A DNA stretch of 47,725 nt from a virus (taxonomy: Duplodnaviria > Caudoviricetes), in IMG/VR virus record IMGVR_UViG_3300022741_000070, positions 1 through 47,725 of that record, one strand, 5' to 3'. Of this stretch, positions 15,651 through 25,567 are shown in pieces. How positions within the stretch are numbered: position 1 is the stretch's first letter; the number at the start of each line of letters is the position of its first letter. Under the pieces are notes generated by a model that saw nothing but the letters and a program-made list of their open reading frames with translations, was not told the DNA's origin and made no database searches. The position numbers were made by a program, and so were the translations under genes.

Positions 15651-15839
15651 ATGCAGACCGTTGAGATGGCCGCGGTGACCGAGAGCACCATCACCATCGC
15701 CCTCGAGGACGGCCGCGAGGTCACCGGCGTCCCGCGTGCTGGCGACGACGGCCGCTACCGACTCCACACCGGCCGTCGCGGCCGCCCCATCGTCATCGAC
15801 GAGAAGCGCGCCGAGACCGCCCGCATCGTCATCGTCTGA
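15651..15839 (+). CDS. Small hypothetical protein
   Basis: GAGGAGG RBS; 62 aa. Confidence 0.75.
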   Translation: MQTVEMAAVTESTITIALEDGREVTGVPRAGDDGRYRLHTGRRGRPIVIDEKRAETARIVIV

Positions 15840-15923
15840 AAATCCGAATAGCGCGCTAGGCGCCGCGCGATCGGTCGTCCAAGGCGCGCTCCGCGCGCCC
15901 GAGCCCCCGAGGAGGTGGCGCAA

Positions 15924-16355
15924 GTGCCTGCGCACACGAAGCGTGAAGATGAGCTCCAGCGCCCGCGCTCGCGGAAGGGCGGGGACGCTGGCAAGGCTGC
16001 GACGCGACTCGACCTGCTCCCGGTCAGCATTCCGCGCGCCGACCCGAACTGGCACCCGATGGCCCTCCGCATCTGGAACGGCCTTAAGACGTCCGGCCAG
16101 CGCGAGCTGCTCCAGAACAGCGATTGGGCCCTGGCCTTCTCCCTGCTCGACGACCTCACCCACTACAAGAACAGCCAGCGCCGCTCCCCCGAGATGCTCA
16201 AGGCCATCCTCGGCGGTCTCGAGAAGCTCATGCTCACCGAGACCGACCGCCGCAAGATCCGCGTCGAGCTACACGCTCCGCAGGTCGAGGAGCGTGGCGC
16301 CGACCTCGTCGCGATCGACGGCTACCGCGCCGCGCTCGCCGCTGGCGGGGCGTGA
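15924..16355 (+). CDS. Terminase small subunit
   Basis: P.ADPNWHP.A..W..L..SGQ...SDWA..L.LTE.DRR..R.EL pattern; precedes TerL; start 15915 also possible. Confidence 0.75.
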   Translation: MPAHTKREDELQRPRSRKGGDAGKAATRLDLLPVSIPRADPNWHPMALRIWNGLKTSGQRELLQNSDWALAFSLLDDLTHYKNSQRRSPEMLKAILGGLEKLMLTETDRRKIRVELHAPQVEERGADLVAIDGYRAALAAGGA

Positions 16356-18034
16356 GCGCCGGCGAGAGCCTGATCCCCTTCCGAGACGTCCCTGACGACG
16401 AGCTCACCGACGAGCAGATCAGGCAGAAGTACGCACCCGTGTGCATCGGCCCGACCTGGAAGCGCGACGCCGCCGGCGGTTGGCTCCTCCCCGAGCGGAC
16501 GCTCGGCTGGGAAATCGCCGGCTGGATGGCGAAGTGGCTGGGCGGGCCGGACGGCTCCGACAGCTTCACGATGACGCTCGAGCAGCTCCGCTTCGTCCTG
16601 TGGTGGTACGCGGTCGACGAGCACGGCGAGTTCATCTACCGGACCGGCGTCCTGCAGCGGCTCAAGGGCTGGGGCAAGGACCCGCTCGCGGCGGCCCTGT
16701 GCCTCGTCGAGCTCGTGGGCCCCTCGCGCTTCTCGCACTTCGGCGCCGACGGCAAGCCGGTCGGCAAGGCGCACCCAGCCGCGTTCGTGCAGATCGCGGC
16801 GGTGAACCAGGAGCAGACGCAGAACACCACGACGATGTTCGCGCTCCTGATGACCGACCGCTTCATGGCCGAGTACCGCGTCGAGGCGGGCAAGGAGCTC
16901 ATCTACGCGATGGGCGGCAAGGTTCGGCTCAAGGCCGTGACCAGCTCGCCTCGCGCGCTCGAGGGCGGGCGCTCGACGTTCATCATCCTGAACGAGACGC
17001 ACCACTGGATTCGCGGCAACAACGGAATCCAGATGTTCGAGACCATCGACGGCAACGCGACCAAGATGGACGGCCGCTACCTCGCGATCACGAACGCGTA
17101 CATGCCCGGCGAGGACTCCGTCGCCGAGCGCCAGCGCGACCAGTGGGACAAGATCGACGAGGGCCGCGCGGCCGACGTCGGCCTGCTCTACGACAGCCTC
17201 GAGGCGCCCGAGCACACGCCGCTCGACCCCGCGATCCTCCCGACGATCATCGAGCTCGTCCGCGGCGACGCGGTCTGGCTCAAGATCGACGCGATCATGA
17301 AGTCGGTCCTGTCGACGACCATGAGCCCGGCGCGCTCGCGCCGCATGTGGCTGAATCAGGTCGTCGCCGAGGCTGACTCGCTGTTCTCGCCGGCCGACTG
17401 GAAGGTGCTCGAGCGGGAGGGGCTGGAGCTCCGCCCTGGCGACCGGATCGTGCTCGGCTTCGACGGTGGCAAGTCCGACGACGCCACGGCGCTCGTCGCG
17501 ATCCGGGTCAAGGACTTCTTCATCAAGCCGCTGCAGGTCTGGGAGAAGCCCGACGGGCCCGCCGGCGACGGCTGGGAGGTGGACCGGGCCGAGGTCGACT
17601 CGATGGTGCGAGACGCGTTCCGCGTCTACGACGTCGTCGCGTTCTACGCCGACGTCGCGCTCTGGGAGTCGTACATCGACACCTGGGCGCTCGACTACGG
17701 CGAGAAGCTCGCCGTGAAGTCGACGGCCCGCAACCCGATCGCCTGGGACATGCGCCGCTCCGAGAAGGAGACGACGCACGCGCACGAGGCGTTCGTCAGC
17801 GCCATCCTCAACGGCCAGCCTGTCCACGACGGCGACCCGCTCCTGCGCCGCCACGTGATGAACGTCAAGCGCAAGGTCAACAACTACGGCATCTCGTTCC
17901 GCAAGGCGCACCGAGAGAGCCCCCGAAAGATCGACGCCTACGCGGCGGCCTTCCTCGCCTTCCTCGCCCGTCGCGACTACCTCGCGAGCTCGGGGAAGCA
18001 GCGTCAGCGCACGGGCCGCGGCTACTTCCTCTGA
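16352..18034 (+). CDS. Terminase large subunit
   Basis: LQRLKGWGKDP Walker A, ILNETHHW Walker B, LGFDGGKSDDAT nuclease, KIDA. Confidence 0.95.
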   Translation: MSAGESLIPFRDVPDDELTDEQIRQKYAPVCIGPTWKRDAAGGWLLPERTLGWEIAGWMAKWLGGPDGSDSFTMTLEQLRFVLWWYAVDEHGEFIYRTGVLQRLKGWGKDPLAAALCLVELVGPSRFSHFGADGKPVGKAHPAAFVQIAAVNQEQTQNTTTMFALLMTDRFMAEYRVEAGKELIYAMGGKVRLKAVTSSPRALEGGRSTFIILNETHHWIRGNNGIQMFETIDGNATKMDGRYLAITNAYMPGEDSVAERQRDQWDKIDEGRAADVGLLYDSLEAPEHTPLDPAILPTIIELVRGDAVWLKIDAIMKSVLSTTMSPARSRRMWLNQVVAEADSLFSPADWKVLEREGLELRPGDRIVLGFDGGKSDDATALVAIRVKDFFIKPLQVWEKPDGPAGDGWEVDRAEVDSMVRDAFRVYDVVAFYADVALWESYIDTWALDYGEKLAVKSTARNPIAWDMRRSEKETTHAHEAFVSAILNGQPVHDGDPLLRRHVMNVKRKVNNYGISFRKAHRESPRKIDAYAAAFLAFLARRDYLASSGKQRQRTGRGYFL

Positions 18035-18048
18035 GCCCTTGGAGTCCG

Positions 18049-19494
18049 ATGACTGCCACGCCCGCCACTGTGCGGCAGCTCCTGGAGGTGCTCGAGCGCG
18101 ACCGCGAGGACTCCACCGCTGGACTCCTTCTCGTGGACCGCTACCTCCAGGGCGATCACGACAAGCCCTACCTCCCCGACAACATCGACGACGAGTACCG
18201 ACTCCTTGCGGACCGGTGCGTCGCGAACTGGATGCCGCTCCTCGTGAGCGCGCCGGCCCAGGCGTGCTACGTGGACGGCTTTCGCCCCGGCACCGAGGCC
18301 GCGACCCCCGCGCTGACCCGAACCCCGCAGTGGGACCACTGGCAGCGCTCGCGCATGGATGCGCGGCAGGCCGCCATCTACCGCGGGGCCCTGGGCTACG
18401 GACACTCCTTCACAGTGACCGAGCTCGATCCCAAGACAGGTCGGTCGCGCACGCGCGGACTGAGCCCGCTGCGGACGGCGGCTCTCTACGAGGACCCCGC
18501 CTTCGACGATGCGCCGGTCGCAGCCCTCACGGTGACGCGCTGGCCTCGCCCTAGCGGGGACGGGAGCGGCCGCGGCCGGGCGACCCTCTGGGACGAGGGT
18601 TGGCGGTACGAGGTCTCCTGGGCGCACGGCGACTTCGAGAGCATCAGCCTCGGCCAGGGCGTCGCCCACGGCGCGAGCGAGTGCCCCGTCACCCGCTTTG
18701 CCGCGCACGTCGACCTCGACGGCCGCACGACCGGTGTCGTTGCCCCGCTCAAGCCGGTGCAGGACCGCATCAATCAGACGCTGTTCGACCTCCTGGTCGC
18801 GCAGACGTACTCCTCGATCAAGGTCCGCTACGTGACCGGCATGGCGCCCCCGCTCCTCCGAGACGACGAGGGCGAGCTGATCCTCGACGCGAACGGCAAC
18901 CCCAAGCCGATCCCGATGAACCACAATGCCCGGCGCTTCCTGTTCGCCGAGGACCCGGACGTGAAGTTCGGCACCCTGGACGAGAGCCCGCTCGGCGGCT
19001 TCATCGAGGCGATCGACCTGTCGATCCGCCACCTCTCGGCGATCTCGCAGACGCCGCCGCATCACCTGCTCGGCCAGATCGCCAACCTGAGCGCCGAGGC
19101 GCTCCAGGCGGCCGAGACGAGCTTCTCCCGCATGGTCGACGAGTTCCGCAAGGGGTTCGGCGAGTCGTGGGAGCGCGTGTTCCGTCTCGCGATGGAGATC
19201 GACGGCGAGTCTGGCGCCGACGACTACCACGGCGAGGTCATCTGGCGCGACATGGAGGCTCGCTCGATGTCGCAGATCGCCGACGCCCTCGGCAAGCTGC
19301 GCGAGCAGCTCGCGATCCCGGCCCGCGGCCTCTGGGCGCGCGTTCCCGGCGTGACGCAGAACGAGATCGACACGTGGCAGGACATGGCCGAGGAGGACGA
19401 CGCGCAGATGCGCCTCGCGTCCAGCCTCGAGCGCGCCACGGCGGCCCCGTTCGTCGACGAGCCCGAGCCGGGGCCTGAGCCGGCGGTCGCGTGA
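18049..19494 (+). CDS. Portal protein (SPP1 gp6-like)
   Basis: NWMPLLV, QDRINQT, ANLSAEAL motifs; synteny. Confidence 0.9.
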   Translation: MTATPATVRQLLEVLERDREDSTAGLLLVDRYLQGDHDKPYLPDNIDDEYRLLADRCVANWMPLLVSAPAQACYVDGFRPGTEAATPALTRTPQWDHWQRSRMDARQAAIYRGALGYGHSFTVTELDPKTGRSRTRGLSPLRTAALYEDPAFDDAPVAALTVTRWPRPSGDGSGRGRATLWDEGWRYEVSWAHGDFESISLGQGVAHGASECPVTRFAAHVDLDGRTTGVVAPLKPVQDRINQTLFDLLVAQTYSSIKVRYVTGMAPPLLRDDEGELILDANGNPKPIPMNHNARRFLFAEDPDVKFGTLDESPLGGFIEAIDLSIRHLSAISQTPPHHLLGQIANLSAEALQAAETSFSRMVDEFRKGFGESWERVFRLAMEIDGESGADDYHGEVIWRDMEARSMSQIADALGKLREQLAIPARGLWARVPGVTQNEIDTWQDMAEEDDAQMRLASSLERATAAPFVDEPEPGPEPAVA

Positions 19495-20585
19495 GCTCGA
19501 GCGCGGTGAGCGAGGCCGAGGAGGCGTCGCTCGCCTTCCAGGCCGCCCTCGCGCGCATCGGCATTGTGGTCGTGGCCGAGGCCCTGGCCGCATGGTCCCG
19601 CGTGGACCCAGGCCGAGCCTCCTCGAGTACGGCTCCGTGGATCTCCACCACCACCCGCATGGTCCTGTCCCGTAGGGGGCAGGCCCGCGAGCTCGCCGTG
19701 GCATACTTCCGCCTCACGCGAGCGCTGCGCACGGGACGCACCGTGCCAGACCCCGACGCCCCGAGCGCCGACGCACCCACTCTGGGGGAGCTGCGTCGGC
19801 GTTTCGCTGAGCTCGCCGACTCGACCTACGTCGAGGTTGGCGCGAGGCCGGCGAACGACACGGACCGCTATCGAGCAACCGGCAGGACCGGGGACTCGAC
19901 GCGAGTCCTGGTCGAGCGCGAGGGGCGCGGAGCGCCCGATGATGACGCGGCCTACGAGCGCGGCGTGCGCGAGTCTCTTGACGAGCTCGCCACGCAGGGT
20001 CTCCTCGACCGCCTCAAGCACATCGACGCGCACGCCGTGACGGGTGCAGAGCTCGACGCCGCTCGGGACGATGCGGCGCGCCTGGCGGGCGCGGAGGCCG
20101 CGGCTCGAGCCGAGCGTGAGGTGCTCAACGGCGCCCGCGGCGAGCTGTTCGCCCGAGCGGCCAGCGACCGTCGCGTGATCGGCTGGGTGCGACTCTCTCG
20201 CACGGGAACGCCGTGCTCGTGGTGCGCCATGCTCATCTCCCGCGGCTTCGTCTACTTCTCGAAGGAGTCGGCGGCCCGCTCGAGCGATGGCGACCTCTAC
20301 CACGACAACTGCCACTGCTACGCAGACCCGGTCTACAGCCGGTCTGAGTACGACACCAGCGAGCGCTACACGCTGAATCGCGAGTACGCGAAGCTCTGGC
20401 CCGAGGTCACCAAGGGCCACTCCGGGCGCGACGCGCAGAACGCGTGGCGCCGCCACTTCTACGACCAGCGACGCGGCGAGATCAACGCCGAACGTCGCGA
20501 ACGCCACGCGCGCAACCGGGAGCTCATCAATGCCCGGCGCCGCGAGGCGACCCAGAAGCGCGGCCGGGCGTCGCGCACCGCCTGA
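19491..20585 (+). CDS. Capsid maturation protease / MuF-like minor head protein
   Basis: GWVRLSRTGTPCSWCAMLISRG..YHDNCHC motif; position between portal and scaffold. Confidence 0.8.
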   Translation: MSSSAVSEAEEASLAFQAALARIGIVVVAEALAAWSRVDPGRASSSTAPWISTTTRMVLSRRGQARELAVAYFRLTRALRTGRTVPDPDAPSADAPTLGELRRRFAELADSTYVEVGARPANDTDRYRATGRTGDSTRVLVEREGRGAPDDDAAYERGVRESLDELATQGLLDRLKHIDAHAVTGAELDAARDDAARLAGAEAAARAEREVLNGARGELFARAASDRRVIGWVRLSRTGTPCSWCAMLISRGFVYFSKESAARSSDGDLYHDNCHCYADPVYSRSEYDTSERYTLNREYAKLWPEVTKGHSGRDAQNAWRRHFYDQRRGEINAERRERHARNRELINARRREATQKRGRASRTA

Positions 20586-20609
20586 GACAGCCCAGGAGGC
20601 GTCTACCCC

Positions 20610-21173
20610 ATGATCCGAAAGCTCCAGACCCCCGCGCGCGTGCGCTTCGTGACCGACCCCGTCACGGGCGAGGACGGCGGCGGCGCTCCCGACCCCGCGC
20701 CGGTGGAGGACCAGCAGCCCGGCGCTGACGACCCCGCGCCGACGGAGGACGAGCAGTCCGCCCCCGACGAGGGCGCCGACAGTGTCGACGCGCTCCCCGC
20801 ATGGGCCCAGGCCGAGATCAACCGCCTGCGCAGCGAGAACGCGCAGCGCCGAACCAAGGCCAAGGAGCTCGAGGAGAAGCTGACCGGAGCGCTGAGCGCC
20901 GACGAGGCGGCCGAGCTGCGCTCGGCCCACGAGAAGCTCGAGCGCGAGCTCCTGCGCGAGCGTGTGGCGCACAAGCACAAGCTGCCGGCGGAGCTCGCCG
21001 AGCGCCTGCAGGGCGCGACCGAGGAGGAGCTCGTCGCTGACGCGAAGAAGCTCCAGCGGTTCGCCGCGGCGCCGGCCCCGAGCGACCCCAAGGGCGGGCT
21101 CAACCCCACCGAGGACGCAGACGCGTTCGACCCGGTGGCTGCCGCCCAGAAGGTGCGCAGCCGCCGCTACTGA
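20610..21173 (+). CDS. Scaffolding protein
   Basis: Acidic N-terminus, LPAWAQ.EI..LR.E.A.RR, RLQG.TEEEL..DA. Confidence 0.85.
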   Translation: MIRKLQTPARVRFVTDPVTGEDGGGAPDPAPVEDQQPGADDPAPTEDEQSAPDEGADSVDALPAWAQAEINRLRSENAQRRTKAKELEEKLTGALSADEAAELRSAHEKLERELLRERVAHKHKLPAELAERLQGATEEELVADAKKLQRFAAAPAPSDPKGGLNPTEDADAFDPVAAAQKVRSRRY

Positions 21174-21192
21174 CACACATCCCTTCCGCCGC

Positions 21193-21204
21193 AGTGGGTA
21201 AGTG
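21193..21204 (+). promoter_or_regulatory. Operator/stoperator site AGTGGGTAAGTG
   Basis: Polar 12-mer upstream of the capsid gene. Confidence 0.55.
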
Positions 21205-21243
21205 ACTCCCGCCGCGGCACCACCTGCCTACGGAGGCAATCGA

Positions 21244-22338
21244 ATGGTGCACCAGGTCGTCAAGCCCGAGAAGATCGCCGCCGTCGCGGCGGTCCTGCTC
21301 GAGCAGAACCTCGTCGTGCCCGGCGTGTTCCAGCGCGAGGGCATCGACCAGTTCAAGGGTGCCGACGACGACACGATCAACGTCGTCGTCGAGGGCATCC
21401 TCCCGTACCGCAGCTACGGATGGCGGAACGACCGCTCCGCGTCGCTGCAGTTCGACGAGTACAAGGAGCGCAAGATCCCCGTCACGTTCGGCGGCGACAT
21501 CTACTCGGGTGTCCGCCTGACGGACGAGCAGAACGACTTCGACCTCGAGGGCTGGACGAAGCTCGCGCGGAAGCAGACCGAGGCGATCGGCAGCGGCCTC
21601 GAGGCCAAGGCCATCGCCCACCTGCTCGGCGCGGACTACGAGGTCATCCTCGGCGTGCCCGAGGAGTACGCGGAGGCTGGCCTCATGCGCCGTGCGCTCA
21701 TCCGCGCGCGCGAGGCGCTGAACAAGCTCCGCGCGCCCGGCGCCACGCGGACGCTGCTCGTCGGCACCGAGTGGGAGGCCGCCCTGCTCGAGGACGAGAA
21801 GCTGAACCTCGCCTCCAACGTGGGCGAGTCCGAGGCGGTCTCCTCGCTGCGCGAGGCCACGATCGGCCGACGCTACGGCTTCGACATCGTGGTCGCGCCC
21901 GAGCTGCCGGCCAACGAGGCGTACGCCCTGGTCGACTCGGCGTTCATCTTCGCGACGGGCGCCCCGTCGGTTCCGCAGTCCGTGCCGTTCGGCGCCACCG
22001 CCTCGCACAACGGCGTGGCGCTGACCTGGCTGCGCGACTACGAGACCGAGAAGCGCCGCGACCGCTCGGTGTTCAATACCTACCAGGGCTTCCGGTCCGT
22101 GACGGACGTCCTCGCGGGCGTCTCGAAGGACGGCTCCGTGGAGGAGGGCGAGTACGAGCACTTCGTGCGCGCCATCAAGCTCGAGCTCGGCGGCGACACG
22201 GTCATCCCGCAGCTCAACGCCGGCACCTCGGACGCCAAGAAGAAGGAGAACGAGATCGCCAAGCTGACGGGCATCAACCAGCTCAAGGCGCTCGCGCCGG
22301 TCGCCGTCGAGGACGACGAGGCCCCCGAGACCCCGTGA
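21244..22338 (+). CDS. Major capsid protein
   Basis: GGAGG RBS; VKPEKIA.., WLRDY motifs; synteny. Confidence 0.9.
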   Translation: MVHQVVKPEKIAAVAAVLLEQNLVVPGVFQREGIDQFKGADDDTINVVVEGILPYRSYGWRNDRSASLQFDEYKERKIPVTFGGDIYSGVRLTDEQNDFDLEGWTKLARKQTEAIGSGLEAKAIAHLLGADYEVILGVPEEYAEAGLMRRALIRAREALNKLRAPGATRTLLVGTEWEAALLEDEKLNLASNVGESEAVSSLREATIGRRYGFDIVVAPELPANEAYALVDSAFIFATGAPSVPQSVPFGATASHNGVALTWLRDYETEKRRDRSVFNTYQGFRSVTDVLAGVSKDGSVEEGEYEHFVRAIKLELGGDTVIPQLNAGTSDAKKKENEIAKLTGINQLKALAPVAVEDDEAPETP

Positions 22339-22393
22339 TCCACGCGGGCGGGGCCGGCTTCGGCGGGCCCCGCCCCTCTCTCGGAGGTGACAC

Positions 22394-22852
22394 ATGACCG
22401 CGCTCGTCGATACTGAGCGCCTGACGGCTCGCCTCGACTGGGAGCTCTCCCCGGCCGAGCTCGCCGACGCCGCGGACACGCTCGAGTACCTGAGCGACCT
22501 GGCGCGCCAACATGGGCGCGCCTGGGAGGACGCGGCTCCGGCCATCGTGAAGTCGACCATCCTCGCTGCGGCGGTGCGCTACATGCGCAACTCCGACGGG
22601 CTGACGCAGTCCCGCGCGGGCGACGAGACGATGGCCTGGGACGGCATCGGAGACAAGGCCGGCGCGCCGTACTTCACAGACGCCGAGGTCGCCACGATCC
22701 GCTCCGCCGCGGGCGTCGGTGGCATCACCGCGGTCCCCACGTACGCGTGGGGCTCGAGCGCGAACCGCGTGCGCGACGTCGTGGGCCTCGTCCCGACCGG
22801 CGCCGACTCCAAGCCCTTCCCGCTGTTCGCCAGCGACGAGAGCCCCTGGTGA
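22394..22852 (+). CDS. Head-to-tail adaptor
   Basis: RYMRN.DG..QSRAGDET motif; synteny. Confidence 0.75.
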   Translation: MTALVDTERLTARLDWELSPAELADAADTLEYLSDLARQHGRAWEDAAPAIVKSTILAAAVRYMRNSDGLTQSRAGDETMAWDGIGDKAGAPYFTDAEVATIRSAAGVGGITAVPTYAWGSSANRVRDVVGLVPTGADSKPFPLFASDESPW

Positions 22853-23187
22853 GCGTGCAGCGTCGTCGCGGGATGCCCGTGACGATCTACCCGGAGACGT
22901 ACGTCACGGACTCGCGGGGCAACAAGCAGAAGGCGCCGGACCGGGGCAACCCGATCCACACCTTCGGGGCCGCGATCCCGCAGCGCTCGAGCAAGGCCGA
23001 GGTGCCGGGACAGGCCGAGGTGGACGTCTACCGCCTCATCCTGCCGGAGACCGTCGGCCTCGGCCTGTGGTCGTTCGTCGAGTGGCGAGGTCGGACCTGG
23101 GACGTCGCGGCCCCCCCGGCCTACCACCACGGCACGCGTCACACGCGCCACATCTCCGTCGACATCCGGCGGAGGCCGGGTGGCTGA
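22849..23187 (+). CDS. Head-to-tail stopper
   Basis: DSRGN, PQRSS.AEVPGQ, W.G..WDV..PP motifs; GTGA coupling. Confidence 0.75.
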   Translation: MSVQRRRGMPVTIYPETYVTDSRGNKQKAPDRGNPIHTFGAAIPQRSSKAEVPGQAEVDVYRLILPETVGLGLWSFVEWRGRTWDVAAPPAYHHGTRHTRHISVDIRRRPGG

Positions 23188-23581
23188 CGTCTACAAGCGC
23201 GCCCAGGGGCGCCGCGCAGGCCAGAAGGTGACCAAGGTCATCGCGGTGACGAGCGAGGCCCAGGATGCCGTCACGCACGCTGCCCGGCAGCTCGCCGAGC
23301 GGGCCAGCGCCGTGCTCTCAGCCCAGCGCCACTCGGGCGACGCCTTTATCGAGGTCGAGAAGGGCAAGGTCGACCGCTATGTCGTGCTCAACGACACCCG
23401 CGGCCAGTCGGCCGCCATGACGATCGAGTTCGGCCGCCAGGGTGGAACGACCGACAGGTACGGCCGCCCCGTGTCGCCGATGGACCCCGTCGCCCCGCTG
23501 CGCCTGGCGGCATCCATGCCGATCCACGGCCTGCAGCCGAGCGGCAAGAAGAAGCGCAAGCGCAAGAAGAAGCGGAGGTAG
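23180..23581 (+). CDS. Neck/tail completion protein (HK97 gp10-like)
   Basis: AAM.IEFG motif; synteny; C-terminal KKKRKRKKKRR. Confidence 0.65.
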   Translation: MADVYKRAQGRRAGQKVTKVIAVTSEAQDAVTHAARQLAERASAVLSAQRHSGDAFIEVEKGKVDRYVVLNDTRGQSAAMTIEFGRQGGTTDRYGRPVSPMDPVAPLRLAASMPIHGLQPSGKKKRKRKKKRR

Positions 23582-23585
23582 CCCG

Positions 23586-24077
23586 ATGGCTGGAGTCCCC
23601 GCAGAGATCCTCGCCCGCGCCGAGTTCCCGCCCGTCGAGGACGTGATCCTCCCGATCCTGCGCTCGGCCCTGCCGGGCGTGGACGTCGGCACGCTCATCG
23701 ACAGCGGCCACCCCGACATGTTCCCGTTCGTCCTCGTGCGCGCGTACAGCGCGATTGGCGGCGGCGGCTGGGGTGGCGACGAGCGCTTCCTCGAGTCGGC
23801 CCCCTTCTCGGTGCACACGTTCACCGATGGCGTCGAGGCGGACCGCGAGGGGGCCCTGCTCTCCGAGGCGGCGCGCTGCGCCCTGCGCGACGCCAGCCTC
23901 GGCCGGCTCGTCATCCCGGACGTCGCCGCGGTCATCAAGATCACGATGACGTCCCGCCCGCGCCGCGTGCCCGATTGGGCGACCTCGACCGGACCCGTCC
24001 AGTACGCAGACCTTCCCGCGGGCACGACCCGCTACGAGTCGATCTACCGGGCCGCGTACCGCAGTCGGCGCCACTAA
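23586..24077 (+). CDS. Tail terminator
   Basis: DWATSTGPVQYADLP motif; synteny. Confidence 0.75.
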   Translation: MAGVPAEILARAEFPPVEDVILPILRSALPGVDVGTLIDSGHPDMFPFVLVRAYSAIGGGGWGGDERFLESAPFSVHTFTDGVEADREGALLSEAARCALRDASLGRLVIPDVAAVIKITMTSRPRRVPDWATSTGPVQYADLPAGTTRYESIYRAAYRSRRH

Positions 24078-24147
24078 CCAACCCCACCCCTAGCCCTCCC
24101 CCGCGACCTCGCGGCGGAGGGCTTCGTCATACACGAAGGAGCACCGA

Positions 24148-24726
24148 GTGGCCCTGAACGACGACGCCACCCTGATCCCGGACACGGGCAACTACTTCAC
24201 CGCGGAGGTCGGCACGGCCTTCCCGGAGGACCTGACCAGCATCCCGTCGCCGTGGACCCCGATCGGCCACACCTCGCTCGAGGACGTCCTGGGCTTCGAG
24301 TCCGAGGGCGGCGACAGCACGGTCATCGCGACCCTGCAGAACAAGACGCTCCGCACCAAGCGGACGCCGCGCACCGACTCGATGAACGTCACGCTGCAGC
24401 AGTTCGACCGCGAGGCGCTCAAGCTCTACTTCGGCTCGAACGCGGTCGACGTCGAGGACGGCAAGCTCATCGGCGTCCCGCAGAACCCGACGCCCACGAC
24501 CGTCGCGTTCCTCGCGGTGTTCTACGACGGCGAGAACGCCTTCGCGGTCTACGCCCCGAAGGCGGAGATCTTCCGCGCCGAGGACATCGACATCACCGAC
24601 ACGGAGACGCTCGCGAACCTCCCGCTCAAGGTCACGCCGCTCATCACGGCCGGCAACGAGTGGGCCTACGCGGTCACGCCGATGGGCGCCCTCGTCGAGG
24701 AGGACGACGACCCCGAGGAGCCCTGA
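24148..24726 (+). CDS. Major tail protein
   Basis: MALNDDATL, W..IGHTS, LQQFD..L.LYFG. Confidence 0.9.
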   Translation: MALNDDATLIPDTGNYFTAEVGTAFPEDLTSIPSPWTPIGHTSLEDVLGFESEGGDSTVIATLQNKTLRTKRTPRTDSMNVTLQQFDREALKLYFGSNAVDVEDGKLIGVPQNPTPTTVAFLAVFYDGENAFAVYAPKAEIFRAEDIDITDTETLANLPLKVTPLITAGNEWAYAVTPMGALVEEDDDPEEP

Positions 24727-24743
24727 CCCTCCCCGCAGCACGA

Positions 24744-24782
24744 CCCCGGCCCTAGCGATGGCGGACCCCGCTAGGGCCGGGG
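24744..24782 (+). terminator. Hairpin after the major tail gene
   Basis: CCCCGGCCCTAGCG / CGCTAGGGCCGGGG inverted repeat. Confidence 0.55.
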
Positions 24783-24837
24783 GCTCCACCCCGGTCCGCC
24801 ACCCAACCCGCACACAATCCTGGAGGTCCGCAACCCC

Positions 24838-25176
24838 ATGTCCAACGTCATCACGCTCGACAGCATCCGCGCCGCCGCCGACCGCAAGTTCGCCTCGAAG
24901 GTCATCGACCTCGGCGACACGCAGGTCGAGCTCCTGAGCCCGGTGCGGCTCGGCAAGAAGGTCCGCGACCGGCTCTCCAACATGAGCGACGAGATCAAGG
25001 GCGGCGCCGACCAGGAAGTCGTGCTCGCCGAGGTGCTCGCGTCCGTCGCCAAGACGGAGGAGCAGGGCGCCAAGCTCCTCGAGGCCATCGGCGACGACCT
25101 CGCCGTGCTCATCGCCGTGTTCGAGGCGTACGGCTCGGAGGTCGAGCTGGGGGAAGCCTCGGACTCGGAGAGCTGA
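24838..25176 (+). CDS. Tail assembly chaperone (G)
   Basis: ITLDSIRAAA..K motif; slippery GGGGGAA at 25149-25155. Confidence 0.85.
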   Translation: MSNVITLDSIRAAADRKFASKVIDLGDTQVELLSPVRLGKKVRDRLSNMSDEIKGGADQEVVLAEVLASVAKTEEQGAKLLEAIGDDLAVLIAVFEAYGSEVELGEASDSES

Positions 25177-25565
25177 TCGACCAGTACGGCGACGGGCTGT
25201 ACCCCGACCTGCTTGAGCACTATGGAGTCGATCTCCGGGACACGCTCGCAGGTCGGGGCCCGGCCCCGTCCCTGATTCTGGCGCTCGTCCGAGCCCTTCC
25301 CGACACGAGCATGACCGTCGCCCTCATGGGCGGCGGCGCCGAACTTCACGGCTGGGGCGTCGACCGCGCCCTCTCCGCCGCGCTCTACGACGCGGTGAAC
25401 CTCAACACGCGCGCGACCGGCCAGTGGGCGAAGGGCAAGGCTCCTACGTTCGACACGTGGCCGCGCCCGGAGCGCCCCAAGCCCGCGCAGGCGAAGAAGC
25501 CCGCAGGCAAGGTCACCGTCGCCCAGCTCTGGGCGCGGTTCAACGCACACAAGAACGGTGGGTGA
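24838..25565 (+). CDS. Tail assembly chaperone (GT), -1 programmed frameshift product
   Basis: -1 frame after GGGGGAA is open: GSLGLGELIDQYGDGLYPDLLEHYGVDL... Confidence 0.8.
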
Positions 25566-25567
25566 CG

